Shown: piece by piece, positions 41,445 to 54,300 of the stretch
Numbering within the stretch: position 1 is the first letter of the stretch
How the letters are laid out: every line of letters starts with the position of its first letter
Origin: Girardia tigrina
Lineage: Eukaryota
Direction of reading: 5' to 3'
DNA: 64,000 nt
Assembly: GCA_001938485.1 (NCBI GenBank)
Contig: MQRK01216071.1
Coordinates: 7,671-71,670, forward strand
Notes under the pieces: model-generated
Databases searched by the model: none
Seen by the model: only the letters and a program-made list of their open reading frames with translations
Told to the model about the DNA's origin: nothing
Position numbers and translations under genes: made by a program

Positions 41445-41978
41445 CCTGTGCGAGCCGGGCAGACATACTTCCACGTAGTATCCCTGGGAAACTAGATCGG
41501 GTACGATTCCGTCTCTAGGCTAAATGTCTGAAAGCTAGCCGTTATTTGAGCCGACAGAATAACGTAGCAACAGTGGGATTGCAATCAGTTTCCAATCAGC
41601 AATGCAGACATACTTCCACGTAGTATCCCTGGGAAACTAGATCGGGTACGATTCCGTCTCTAGGCTAAATGTCTGAAAGCTAGCCGTTATTTGAGCCGAC
41701 AGAATAACGTAGCAACAGTTGGATTGCAATCAGCTTCGTGAGACTCCCGCTTTCGTTCTAAATGTCATGACTGTAGTGGAGTAGTGACCCTACAGTCGAG
41801 TGGTCGATTGCATCGCAATGATCCGAGGTTTCTAATCTTGGTGAGGGGTGTTGTGAAGCCGGCTCGCCGGTGGAACTAAGGCATGGATCCCAACATTGGT
41901 GAGTGCCCGTTGAAGCCATAAGCGTCTAAGCGCTCCTAGAAAGCATAAGGCTTAATACCTTTATAAGATGAGAGGTTC
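41445..41978 (+). mobile_element. HDV-ribozyme-headed non-autonomous retroposon, copy A (slightly 5'-truncated, with an internal 130-bp duplication)
   Basis: Perfect 12-bp TSD ACCTGCTGATTT (41433-41444 / 41979-41990); homologous to the reverse complement of 30257-30666. Confidence 0.9.
41460..41530 (+). ncRNA. HDV-like ribozyme core lacking the P1 5' strand; duplicated at 41605-41675
   Basis: P2 CAGACAT 41460-66 / ATGTCTG 41524-30; P3 ACT/AGT; L3 TCCACGT; P1 3' strand ATCCCTG then GG; P4 CTAGA..TCTAG; J4/2 CTAA 41520-23. Confidence 0.8.
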
Positions 41979-42090
41979 ACCTGCTGATTTGTTTGTTTTG
42001 AAATATAAATTGTCAAAACAATTGCAAAAATAATGAGTTCATGTGATTATTTATCATATTCAATTTATTAATGGAAAACAACTATTTTAT

Positions 42091-42216
42091 ATGACTGAAT
42101 ATGCTAAAAGCCACAGATCCAATTGCAAATTATGTAAAACTGTTATTTCTAAAGACAAAGGAATGCCGACTATTATAAAATTTACAAATGTTAATCTGAA
42201 AGATTCAGAGAACTAA
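42091..42216 (+). pseudogene. Truncated PARP-type zinc-finger remnant (PARP1 or DNA ligase III N-terminus-like)
   Basis: MTEYAKSHRSNCKLCKTVISKD matches the zf-PARP start EYAKS.R..CK.C...I.K. The upstream ATG (42071) is out of frame and the WxH..C half of the finger is absent. Confidence 0.65.
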
Positions 42217-44451
42217 ATTGATCAAAATGACTCGGTCATGGAATCCCAAAACCCGGATTCTCCTGTGCAAACATTTTATGAAACAAATATGCAAATATTT
42301 CTTTAGAAATTGTCTTTCGATCCAGGACTTTTGTTTCGAGGTTTTATAAATAAATAATATAGATCATTTGACTATAAATTAGTAATATTTGGTTTTAGTG
42401 GTTATGTTGAAAAGTGTGAGTTAACAAATCACAATACTATTTCTTATTTAGGAAGAAGAATTTAGATATCATTTTTATATTTTCGTTTTTAGTAATACGT
42501 AAATTTTAATCATATATATACATATGGACAAAATATGTAAAATGTCAATCTTTTCAAGTGTCAACTTTATAAAATTACGTTTAAGAGAAAAAAAAAATAT
42601 GTGACATCGCATGAAGTAATTCTGAAAAGAGCTTTAGTAAATTTAAAGGCAACCTGAAATCCAATAACTAAGAATTTGAAATTGTCTTTACAATTATAGG
42701 AGAATTATGAATAAAAAGGCGAAACAATTAACAAAGGTAATTATTTAACGACAACAGAAGGATTTAAAAAAAAAGTATTTGAATTTGATCACAATAAAAA
42801 AGAAATGAGGTCAATCGGAAAGTGCATCAAATTATGTTACTTCAGATCTGATAATATCTGTCGTCAGGTATTCTTTGAATATAGATTTTCTTCAAACCGT
42901 TTCGTATAGTCGTCGAAAATAATTTTCTCCCTGAATTGGAGAGTTTTCTTATCTTCTTGTGCAATTGGAAATTGAAATATTGCGGTTGTGATATTTTCCA
43001 TGGTTGGAAACCACTTACAATTTTCGAATTATTGTATTCAATATTTCAATTGATTTTTTTTATCTTATTTAAGAATTATAATTATCAGATTATACATAAA
43101 AAATAATGTTTTGACAACAAAATAAACAGTAAAAAAAAAGAAATCCACATAAAAGAGCAATAAAAAATAAAAATTATATAGTACACTATGTCATAAAGAC
43201 AATAAGCATTACACACGTCACCAAAAGAGCAACAAAATAAGTAGGGCACTTATAAATTATAATAAAGTATCTATTATAATTTAACAATATTTATAATAGT
43301 TTCATAAAATAGTTTTCTTTTTCAGAAACTGTTTAAATATTTTTGAAAATTTTTTCGGGATGAGGAATTATAAAGTTTGTAGATTTAGTAAGATGAATTT
43401 TAATGTACAAATTAATAAAGATTTAATAATATAAACCTAGTCATAATAAATATATTGATCTCATAAAATATTTCATTGAACATTCAGAAAAAATTAAGTG
43501 GGTCTGGGTTATGGTTTGTTTTGAAAATAAAAGGTTCTTGTAGCTTCAATTAGCAAATATGCACTGAGTTTGATGTATATTTTTTGTTTGTTTTTATTAA
43601 AATTCTTCATAACATTTCGTCATCTAATCTTTTTTGTATAAATTCTAAAATTTCATCATTAAGAAGTTGAAGGTTGTCTTTCAAGTGTAAGACTGCAATA
43701 CAACTTTGATTAACAGAGTTTTGAAATTGTGTTCCTTTTTATAATAGCAAAAACAATTTTAAAAATAAATTAACGATTTTAATAGAATGAATGAAAGCCA
43801 ATTTTGCTTCTTGATTTTTGTAAATATATAAAAAATAAAAAGTTTAGTTTGCCAAAAATCAAGTCTCAGTCAGATATTAGTTTGTTTATTCGAATTGATA
43901 ATTTTGCACTTTTAATTGAAATATATATTTTGATGTTATTTTTTTCAAAAATAATATATAAATTTGAAAAAAATATTAATGCGTTTCTAAAAAAATATAT
44001 TGTTTGAGAAATATTATTTTAATTTTTCTTTTTCAATTTATATTTTGTCTCCTTTTTAATAATTTAGATAAACAAAAGTTGGAAAATTTACTTATTTAGA
44101 AACGAACAAACCCAAACTAGGAAAACAAATGATTTATTATTTTTTCCAATAATAAAAGAAACATTAGTTGTTGTTTTCAACGATTTGTATCATTTTTTAT
44201 TAAGTCGATTTTATAGATGTTAAGCAATGTGGATTGTTAAAATTCCCCTTCAATAATAGTAGTTTGAGGTGGACAATTTTAATTTATTATTATTATATAA
44301 TGACTTAATATATCTTTTGAAAAACTGGTGTTAAATATAACAGTTGATACAATCATTATTCCATAGTTCAAACTACACTTTCAACGAAAAATTATCAAAA
44401 TATTCCTTGTTATTTTGTTTATGTCAATAGTTTTGTTTTCTCATTAAATAA

Positions 44452-45265
44452 ATTAACCGAAGTTAACTTTACTGCATTACTGAGTTAGTAAAGAAACGAT
44501 CAAAGTAGTGGTATTTCATTGCTGACCGAAGTCTCCCACTTATACTACACCTNNNNNNNNNNNNNNNNNNNNNNNNNNNNNNNNNNNNNNNNNNNNNNNN
44601 NNNNNNNNNNNNNNNNNNNNNNNNNNNNNNNNNNNNNNNNNNNNNNNNNNNNNNNNNNNNNNNNNNNNNNNNNNNNNNNNNNNNNNNNNNNNNNNNNNNN
44701 NNNNNNNNNNNNNNNNNNNNNNNNNNNNNNNNNNNNNNNNNNNNNNNNNNNNNNNNNNNNNNNNNNNNNNNNNNNNNNNNNNNNNNNNNNNNNNNNNNNN
44801 NNNNNNNNNNNNNNNNNNNNNNNNNNNNNNNNNNNNNNNNNNNNNNNNNNNNNNNNNNNNNNNNNNNNNNNNNNNNNNNNNNNNNNNNNNNNNNNNNNNN
44901 NNNNNNNNNNNNNNNNNNNNNNNNNNNNNNNNNNNNNNNNNNNNNNNNNNNNNNNNNNNNNNNNNNNNNNNNNNNNNNNNNNNNNNNNNNNNNNNNNNNN
45001 NNNNNNNNNNNNNNNNNNNNNNNNNNNNNNNNNNNNNNNNNNNNNNNNNNNNNNNNNNNNNNNNNNNNNNNNNNNNNNNNNNNNNNNNNNNNNNNNNNNN
45101 NNNNNNNNNNNNNNNNNNNNNNNNNNNNNNNNNNNNNNNNNNNNNNNNCTTGGAGACCTGCTGCGGATATCGGTACGGCTTGAAACGAAATTTATAACTG
45201 CTCCATCAGATTTTCAAGGGCCACCAGGGGAGCTTTGGACATTACATGAAATGCAATGCTTTTGA
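44452..45265 (-). rRNA. Orphan 28S (LSU) rRNA fragment, mostly within a gap
   Basis: Minus strand carries GTACCGATATCCGCAGCAGGTCTCCAAG on one side of the gap and AGGTGTAGTATAAGTGGGAGACTTCGGTCAGCAATGAAATACCACTACT on the other. Both are conserved eukaryotic LSU blocks, in the correct order, with UUCG hairpins. The flanks are not rDNA. Confidence 0.88.
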
Positions 45266-45512
45266 CATAATTGTTACAGGGAAGTCCGAAAAGATTTAAA
45301 AACTGAATGTGTCAATTCTTTAATTAATTCTTTGTTTTTTCTTCTTTTCATATATTTCCTTATTGTCACAACATTCTATAGCAAAAAAATCACAATTAAA
45401 ATCGTTTAAAAATCTAGATTGTTTAATGTTCCTTTTTTGTTAGGATGCAATTACAAAAACATAACCTATCTATTGAGGTCTACTATCTATTGAATGTCTC
45501 AGACTACTTTAT

Positions 45513-45738
45513 TGTGAGGAACCGCGTTCGATCCACGTAGTCACTCTAGCCGTCTCTGCTGTCAACCGTAATCGTGGAACCACCATGCCCCACATTATCA
45601 TCGTTGTCTCAAAGAGGGATACGATAATCAATGATCTGAAATCTTGGCAGGTCGGTATTACCACGAACCAGATCCGTGGTCATGGTCCCAGGTGAACGGT
45701 GCAAAGCATATCTGTGACTCTCCAATAAATCTCTTACA
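45513..45738 (+). mobile_element. Probable short solo LTR (226 bp)
   Basis: GC-richer island bounded by TGTGAG...CTTACA with AATAAA just before the end; TSD only partly matching (TTTAT/ATCAT). Confidence 0.45.
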
Positions 45739-46846
45739 ATCATTATTTTGACTGCGGCAATTGAAATTTTCGAAAGAGAAGAAAATGATGAAAAGTCACT
45801 GTAACACCGAATACTAGTATTTGTTCAAAACATCAACCAATTGTGTACATCTAAACAAATAATATTTTATTGTTTTCTAATTATCTTACATGTAATTATC
45901 ACGAGTTTTCTTTCTATTAAGATTTAGTCTGAACGATATCCAAGCACTATGGGGTCAAATCCAAGGAGAAAAGTTAAAAGTCTTGAGAATTAAGAATTCG
46001 TCAATGAACATGAGTAAGACAATAAAAACAAAAATTACTGTTGTTCGAGAATCGGAGTGGATTGCAATTTTAATAGTCAATTTTTCCTTCTTTTTTCCTG
46101 TCTGTCTAATTCCTTTTCTGTATACAGGGGACCTGATTACCATTTCAACGAGGCACTGGAACTAAGATGCCAAAGTTTTGAGGCATTCGTGAATTATTAT
46201 TCGAAAGGGGTTTGAAATGAACTTGATAATTTGATTTACTCTTGTGGTTTTTCATTCGTAATTGTTTTGTTTTTTTTTTGTTTTTTAATCTATGTGAATT
46301 GTAATTTGTAATTTAATGGTGTGAAGTAATATAAATTGAAATGAAAAAATAAAAGATTAATAATTAAAGGAAAGTAGTAAATATATTAAACGAGTTTAAA
46401 GGAAAGATTTATTAATTTTAGTGAAGAATTAAATATTTTAGCTTTTTTAAGGTTTGGTTGAGCGGAAAAGGTTATGATTTGAATAAAACGTATAAAACGC
46501 TGTTTTATGTTTAGAATTGTTATTTCTACAAATATCTTCTCTTCAGTATCACGAGACAATATTCTCTGACGTACATTTATCGTCACATACATCGTCAAAT
46601 TTAATTTCAAAACTTTCATGGAAATGATCAACGAAGCGATATTTGGCTGATTGAGATTGCAGAATGGGATTGTATGGAACTGTGAATAATTTACTGCGGT
46701 GACTGAGAATGAAAACTGAGTTTAATAAAATAGATATCGATTCGGAGGTGACAGTGAAATGTCGATTTTTGAAATTGAATCAATTTTTAATGAGCAAAGA
46801 TTTTTAAGAATTTCGATAAAGAAAATAATATTTTATGAAATATATA

Positions 46847-48045
46847 TTAGGTTGGTCGAAAAATAATGGCGGTTTTTGAGCTTTATACTTTGTTTATCTA
46901 CTTTGATATGTATATAAGTTTAAATGCATTAGTGTTAGATATTATTTGAAATCNNNNNNNNNNNNNNNNNNNNNNNNNNNNNNNNNNNNNNNNNNNNNNN
47001 NNNNNNNNNNNNNNNNNNNNNNNNNNNNNNNNNNNNNNNNNNNNNNNNNNNNNNNNNNNNNNNNNNNNNNNNNNNNNNNNNNNNNNNNNNNNNNNNNNNN
47101 NNNNNNNNNNNNNNNNNNNNNNNNNNNNNNNNNNNNNNNNNNNNNNNNNNNNNNNNNNNNNNNNNNNNNNNNNNNNNNNNNNNNNNNNNNNNNNNNNNNN
47201 NNNNNNNNNNNNNNNNNNNNNNNNNNNNNNNNNNNNNNNNNNNNNNNNNNNNNNNNNNNNNNNNNNNNNNNNNNNNNNNNNNNNNNNNNNNNNNNNNNNN
47301 NNNNNNNNNNNNNNNNNNNNNNNNNNNNNNNNNNNNNNNNNNNNNNNNNNNNNNNNNNNNNNNNNNNNNNNNNNNNNNNNNNNNNNNNNNNNNNNNNNNN
47401 NNNNNNNNNNNNNNNNNNNNNNNNNNNNNNNNNNNNNNNNNNNNNNNNNNNNNNNNNNNNNNNNNNNNNNNNNNNNNNNNNNNNNNNNNNNNNNNNNNNN
47501 NNNNNNNNNNNNNNNNNNNNNNNNNNNNNNNNNNNNNNNNNNNNNNNNNNNNNNNNNNNNNNNNNNNNNNNNNNNNNNNNNNNNNNNNNNNNNNNNNNNN
47601 NNNNNNNNNNNNNNNNNNNNNNNNNNNNNNNNNNNNNNNNNNNNNNNNNNNNNNNNNNNNNNNNNNNNNNNNNNNNNNNNNNNNNNNNNNNNNNNNNNNN
47701 NNNNNNTCTTCAAAAGCTTAATGAGTTGGGCTATGAAACCCTGCTTCATCCACCATATTCACCAGACCTCTTGCCAACGGACTTTTACTTTTTCAGGCAT
47801 TTGTACAACTTCCTACGTGAAAAAAATTTCAAAAACCAAAATGATGCTCAAAATGCCTTCCAAGAATTCGTCGCTTCGAGGACCGATGCATTTTATACTG
47901 ATGGAATAAAACAACTTGTTTCTCGTTGACAAAAATGTATTGATGCCAACGGTTCATACTTTGATCAATAAACTTTTGTTTCTGTGAATTTGCACGTCTT
48001 TGAAGTTTGTGTCCCAAAACCGCCATTATTTTTCGACTAACCTAA
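46847..48045 (+). mobile_element. mariner (DD34D) transposon, central part in a gap
   Basis: TA TSDs; ~30-bp TIRs TTAGGTTGGTCGAAAAATAATGGCGGTTTT; C-terminal HPPYSPDLLPTDFYFF..GIKQLVSR*QKCIDANGSYFD with a premature stop. Confidence 0.93.
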
Positions 48046-48827
48046 TATTATAACACGAAAAAAACATCCTCGAGTTTAGTAGGATTTTTAGTTCCAAATA
48101 GTTTAAACATATTACAGCTAACGAAACGCTATCAAATAGCATAAAAAATAATATAAAAACAAATTACAAATAAAAATTGGTAATTAACAATTACATATTC
48201 TATTTATATATACAAATTACATTCATAAACAAAAATAAATTAACCAAAAAACATTTTTCAGTTTATTTGTAAACTCATTTATTTATTTTATAATTAACTG
48301 TATTTATTTTTGTTATTAATTTTCATTACGGATTCCCAAAATAATATTAATTATCCAAATTTATTAAAAAGAATGTGAGTGAATATTTTTGTATTTTAAT
48401 TTCTTTAATAATTATCAAATTTCTCATTGTTTTTTTTAATTATTAATCTTTGAAAAAGTTTTCAACAAACATTAAGACTAATTTAGAAACAAAAGACAGC
48501 AACATGAATTATTAATTATTTAATAAATTCCTTGTGTAAAAGATCAATTAAATATTTAAAGTAATTTAATTAATTTATCCATATTCAATGTTTTCCATAA
48601 TAATTATAAAACGAAATTATTAGAAAAACTATTTAAAAACACAGTTAGGAAAATTAATTTCAATTTTTATTGAGAATATATTTTAAAATATTTTTTTTGA
48701 AAAAAAATATTTAAATTTATTTTTGCATTACATAATTTTAAATTTTTGAAATTATTATATGGACAGGGAAATAAATCAATAATTTAAAAAATATAAATAA
48801 AATAAATAATAATTTATTTTTCTTAAC

Positions 48828-48950
48828 CTGAGTAGTGCTTGATTTTATCTGAGTTTGTATAATTTCAGCTCCAGTCATCGGACGAATATCTCCATTTTCC
48901 AATCGTATTTCGTTTGGCAAAAGAGTTCTTTCAGATTCTTTCTTCGGCAT
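48828..48950 (-). CDS. Possible first coding exon of an unidentified host gene
   Basis: ATG-initiated 41 codons (MPKKESERTLLPNEIRLENGDIRPMTGAEIIQTQIKSSTTQ) ending at CAG|GTTAAG, followed by an abrupt shift to AT-rich sequence; no downstream exon identified. Confidence 0.35.
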
Positions 48951-50689
48951 TTTCAGGAAAATTGATTAGAAAAAAAATTATTTTACAAATCAAATTCGAA
49001 ACTGTTAATCAAGTATCAAATATCAGATTGGTAAAATGACGAGAGAAATCCATCTCTAAATGAATCAGTTTTATTTTTAGAATGACAATCAAGACTTTGT
49101 GTTCAAAATGATTGTTGAAAATATAATTTATATTTTATTATTTGAACGGAAAATAAAATATTATAAATAGAACAATATCTTTTTTAGTCAGATATCTTGC
49201 ATTGTAAAACTGGATAAAAAATTGACCAATACATTTACGACAATTATGATTGATTATTCCAATGGAAAAGAAAGATAAATTTTCTACAGACTCGTTTCTT
49301 TTTTTTAATTTAAAAATTAAAATTAATTAATAAATTCACTTTATAATAGTTTTCAACTTTTCCTTAATTAAAATTAAGTTTTCTATTAATTAAAAAGAAA
49401 CCATAAAGTTTGATTAAAATTAGAAATAATGATTAAGTGTTACTAGTTTTATTAAATAAATAAAATAAATTACTTAAAATCATTAAACAAAATTAAACTG
49501 AAAATAATATTTAAAAAAATACTGTATTGAATTTTCCGTATATAAAAGATGAGTTTTAATTATTTTTAATAAGCTTTAGTCCTGGTGAAAATGTTTTATT
49601 AAAATTATATCATGAACTGAGAAAATTCAAAAAAGGTTCAGTTATAAGTATGTTGTATCTCAGATCAAGGTTTTTTCGCTTGTATTATTTAAAATTCTTT
49701 TTTTCTGATTTTTTCTGTTCCGTGAGTGATTGATTCATCCACAGTTACAACAAATGATCAAGATTTAATAAACAAAACGACACAAGTTTTCTGTCATAAA
49801 TGGGTTTTAAAGTTAAATAAGCAACAGAATTTTGAGAAAACATTTGATTTAGAGAAGATGTAGATATTGATTTTACATCCGCGGCTGTTGAATTATTATA
49901 ATCTTTAGCAGGTGGTGGAAGTATTTGGTTTGTGTCCAAAAGAATCAAATTAAGAATAATTCTCAATATCACACAAACTAATTGACATTTCAGTTCCACA
50001 AACGTAATAAATTTCAAACAATTTATCATCAAATTTATAAGCATTAATTAGCTTTCAAAAATATTTGAAATCCTCGTTTTCTAATGCTTCTCTGTATAGA
50101 TCAATATTATGCTACACATAAGGAATGTTAGAAAGAAGAGACTTCAAAATCATCATTTTCCAGTTTTTGTCATAGGATACATAAATATGGATTCAATCGA
50201 CCAGCAGTAAACCATAAATTTATTCGCGAATTTGAATACCTGAAAATATTTTCATTTTCACCCTTTTTACGAATTAATTCGAAATTGACATGCTTATTGG
50301 CATGATAAGTAAATTTATCATAAAACGCATCTTTTGGCATTTCTTTAATATCCATTTTTCAATTGATAATAATTCACATCAAACAAATCAACAAAATTCA
50401 AATTCGCCAAAATTTATTTTATCACAATTTTTTTAATCTATTAAAAGAAAAATTTTTTAACTCTGACAAGATCTTCTTTAACACACTTCATAATCATTTT
50501 TTTATTTATTTACATTTTCCCACTCCATTGGTTACATGTACAACACATTTCATTTAACGCACATGCACATAGACAATTTTTCTCCCCAAACACCAAGACA
50601 CGTACACACATGAATAATCAATTTCTTATATTTCTTCATGACCAATTACGAATTGTTTGAGTTTCTCAACTACATGAAGATTAACAATA

Positions 50690-51187
50690 AATTCAGAAAA
50701 AAAAGTGCATCATTTTTCAAAAATTAACCTGCAACACTTGTAGCAAGAAGAATTGAGAGAATGTCCTTGGATAATGTTGTGCCTTTGCTGTGCTCTCCGC
50801 CCTGAATAAAAGATTTATTTGGAGTAGCACGGAAAAACAACTATGTTTCATCAGCATAAAAATGTCTTTCTGGTCGTATGCTTCAATGATTGAAGGGATT
50901 CTACGTTTCAAAGACTCCACTACGCTCGTATCCAAGTTGCCTGCGTCACCATTCAAAGTGCGAAAATCAATGATGCTTTTTTTCAATTTACTAGGTTTTT
51001 TAACTTATAGAGTTTTTAACTTTGGAAGTTCTACTGTTTTGACACGGAAGGCATTTTCAACTTAAAAGAAACAGAGGTTTTCAACTTAAAGAGAAAAAAT
51101 ATATTATTTTTGGTTTGCGAGGCTGACGCCATTTTAACTACTTGGTTTTTTAAATTATAGAGTTTTTCAACTTTGGAGGTTTTACTG
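50690..51187 (-). mobile_element. Tigger/pogo fragment with a duplicated left end
   Basis: TA|CAGTAAAACCTCC terminus at 51187, repeated near 51036; LNGDAGNLD..YDQKDIF / NADET remnant. Confidence 0.7.
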
Positions 51188-51322
51188 TATCTAAAATATT
51201 TTAAAATAATTATAATTATTTTGTAATTTAAATTATAAATTATTTTGAAATCAAATTGTAATTTAAATTTGTTTAAATATTAAGATGTTTAGAAATAGAA
51301 TTAATTTTTTCAATCAAAAACG

Positions 51323-54300
51323 ATGACTAGTTACAAGAGTTTTGTGGAGAATTGTCGAAGTGACAATTCAAATTGTGATATCAATAAATATATTGAAAAT
51401 CCAATGAGTGTTCTTAATATGGCGACCAAAGACCACGAGAATCCGAACAACAGAGGTCCCGAGATATTCGACAGAAATATATTTCTAGAGGAATATTCGA
51501 GAGGAAATCTTAAAGAGCTTCAGAACATATACTAAGATTATGGCATTCTAAGAAGAAAGAAGAGTCTTGCTGGTGACAGCATTCATGACTCCGCAAGCAA
51601 TAAATAAGTACGAGAATGCACATGGAGATACGTGGGAAACAAAAATGAGATCTACATTCAACAGATAAAAGAACATCCTGGACATAATGAAGGAACTTGT
51701 CGAAATAAAAGTTGGATAACCTCAACCATATTTCTGAAAATAGACTAACTAGTTGCGAAACTTGTAGAAAAGAAATTGGGAAAAAAGATATATCTGACCT
51801 GGCATATGTCAACGCGGTAGATGATAGAGAAGTAAAGATAGAGATAGCTCTAAGAGGTGCCTCGAAAGCTGAGGATATTGATTGAATACAGAAGAAAATA
51901 TATGAATTCAAATCAAAGAGCAGAGATATAAAGATGGAAGCTTACTCTACAAAGAAGGACAATGGATGGATAACAGTCGAACATAATAGACGAAGACCAA
52001 GACCACGAAACAAAGAAGGAATAATAGAAGAAACAAAGAGAAATTTCAAAACGAGTGTAATTTCTTGTAGGGTATGCCACGAAGAAGATCATGTGAAAAG
52101 AGAAAGCTTAAACATTAGGTGCAATCATTGTAACAGGAAGGTACACATACGAACACAATGCTATAAAAATTTGAATAGATTCTGAGAACGGGAGCAATGG
52201 AAACGAGACAATGGAAAGATTGGAAGAGATGACAGGAGAAACTATTCGAATGTGAAATATTGAGAGCGAAGGACAAAGACAAATAGAAAACATCCAGTGA
52301 CTGAATTAGGAGAACAAAATGAGGAATGGGACAGAATGTCCGAAAGATTAGATAGAAGGAAAGATGTGACAAGAAAAGATTACTTCCCGAATAATTGAAA
52401 ATTCTGAGATGAGCATCGAAACAAAGACGCATGATCACAGGGAGAAGTGATCAGTGTGCAACAATAGAAGGTAAATGTGGGTATATGATTGATTGTATAT
52501 ATGAATGTATATGTGATTGTATGTTTGATGATGTGTATAAAAATATCCCTTTGAAGATGTGTATATTAGATGGTGAACATGATAGAAATGATGAAAAGTG
52601 TGATATCATGAAAACTGAAAAAGAAAAGAAGAGAAAACGTGTAGATGTATTGAGAATATAAATGTTTAACATAAATTATAAAGAATTGAAAGGACGACCA
52701 AGTATAGATTTTCGCATAATGCATAAAAATGTGCAGTGCCTGATGGATACAGAGGCCCGAGTCAACGTTATGCAAGCAGAGATAATCAAAGATAAGAAAG
52801 ATGCCAAAATCAAAGAAATAAAAGTACGTTTATACTGCGCAAATGATTCGGAACTTATAAACTATGGAATTGTGCAACTAGAAATGATAATTGAAAGGAT
52901 AGAGAAAACGATTTATTTTTTGTAGTTAAAGATCTAAATCTGGAAATGATAGCGGGGGTTTTGGACAAATTTGGAATAAAATTGAAGAAAGAACTACATC
53001 ACACCGAGAAGGTACTAGTAATACGCGACAATTCTTCTGATGAGGATAGACTAAAAAGAATAAAACAGCTGTAAGAAAATAAAATCGAGGACCAACTAAT
53101 GGAACTTTTAATAGAATATAAATCAATATTTATGGCCGACAAATGGGATATTGGAAGAACTTTACTGACAAAATATAAAATCGAAACATATGGATAACCT
53201 GTATTACTGAAACCTTATCGACATTCGAAACATTTCGAAGAAAAACTAGATGATATTATTAGAAATTATGAAGAAAACGATATTATCGAAAAGTGCAGTT
53301 CCCCGTGGAATTTTCCTCTGGTATGTGTTTAGAAAAGGGAGACATAGGGCATTAGAATGTGTGTAGATTTTCGACAATTGAATAAAATTAGGGTCAGACC
53401 TTCTTTTCCAATGCCAAATGTAGATTAGATGCTAAACACAATTAATGGAGCAAAGTATTTTAGTACGATCGACTTGAAAAGCGCATACCATCAAGTAGAG
53501 CTGGAAGATGAATCAAAAATCAAAATAGAATTCTTAAAAAAAAGAATGGTCACTACTATTTCAAGAGAATGCCGTTCGGAATGGCGGCGGTCTCTCTAAC
53601 GTTCCAAAAACTAATGGTAAAGATTTTGGGCGAATTGAACTGGAAAGAGGCAGTTGTATATTTGGACGGTATTCTGATTTTTGCTAAAGATAAAGAATAA
53701 CAGCTCAAACTAATCGAACACATATTTAGTAAAATAAAGAAATCAAGTCTAGAAATAAACTTGGATAAATGTCACTTCTTGGTTGAAAAGACAAAGTTTT
53801 GGGGATACGAGATGAAACAAAAATCGATATGATCAGCAAGTTTCAGAATCCTTCATGTGTTAAGCACTTGAGGAGCTTTTTGTGTTTAACAAACTATTAC
53901 AGAAAATTACTAAAAGACTGCAAAAAATATTAAAACATATTGGAACGGCTACGTGGAAAGAATAAAAATAAATAATAATATCGACGGAAGAATGTTTCGA
54001 GGCGTTTCAGAAATTAAATGAAAAATGATCAAAACACCAATACTAGCATATCCAGATTTTGACAATGAGTTTATATTGAATACAGACACCAGCTTTAACA
54101 TCATTGGAGCAGTGCTATAGCAGAAAGAAATATATGGAAGAGAAAGAGTGAGTGCATATGGATCCCACAAAATGAACAAACATGAATTGGGATACTGCAT
54201 TACGAAAAACTATTATTTTACACAACACTTTAAACACTATCTTTATGGCAAGAAATTTTTATTAAGATATTTTTACGGCTCTCCAAGCAATCACATTTGA

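Noticed and set aside
41495-41512. tRNA-derived SINE head (GGTACGATTCC resembles a B box)
   Set aside because: There is no convincing A box or cloverleaf, and the sequence falls in ribozyme P4. A secondary Pol III role is not excluded.
41445-41980. Group II intron (GTGYG near the 5' end of both copies, AC at the 3' junction, D5-like AAGCC..GGCTT hairpin)
   Set aside because: The AGC triad is not conserved in copy B, group II introns do not make 12-14 bp TSDs, and the HDV-like fold explains the 5' end better.
45520-45545. tRNA gene or tRNA-SINE (GTTCGATCC B box)
   Set aside because: No cloverleaf or A box; TGT...ACA ends with AATAAA fit a solo LTR better, though that call is also uncertain.
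44519-47929. Long ORFs in the track (248, 283 and 327 aa; also those at 32485-33063)
   Set aside because: Artefacts of translating through N-gaps; only the mariner and Tc1 C-termini are real.
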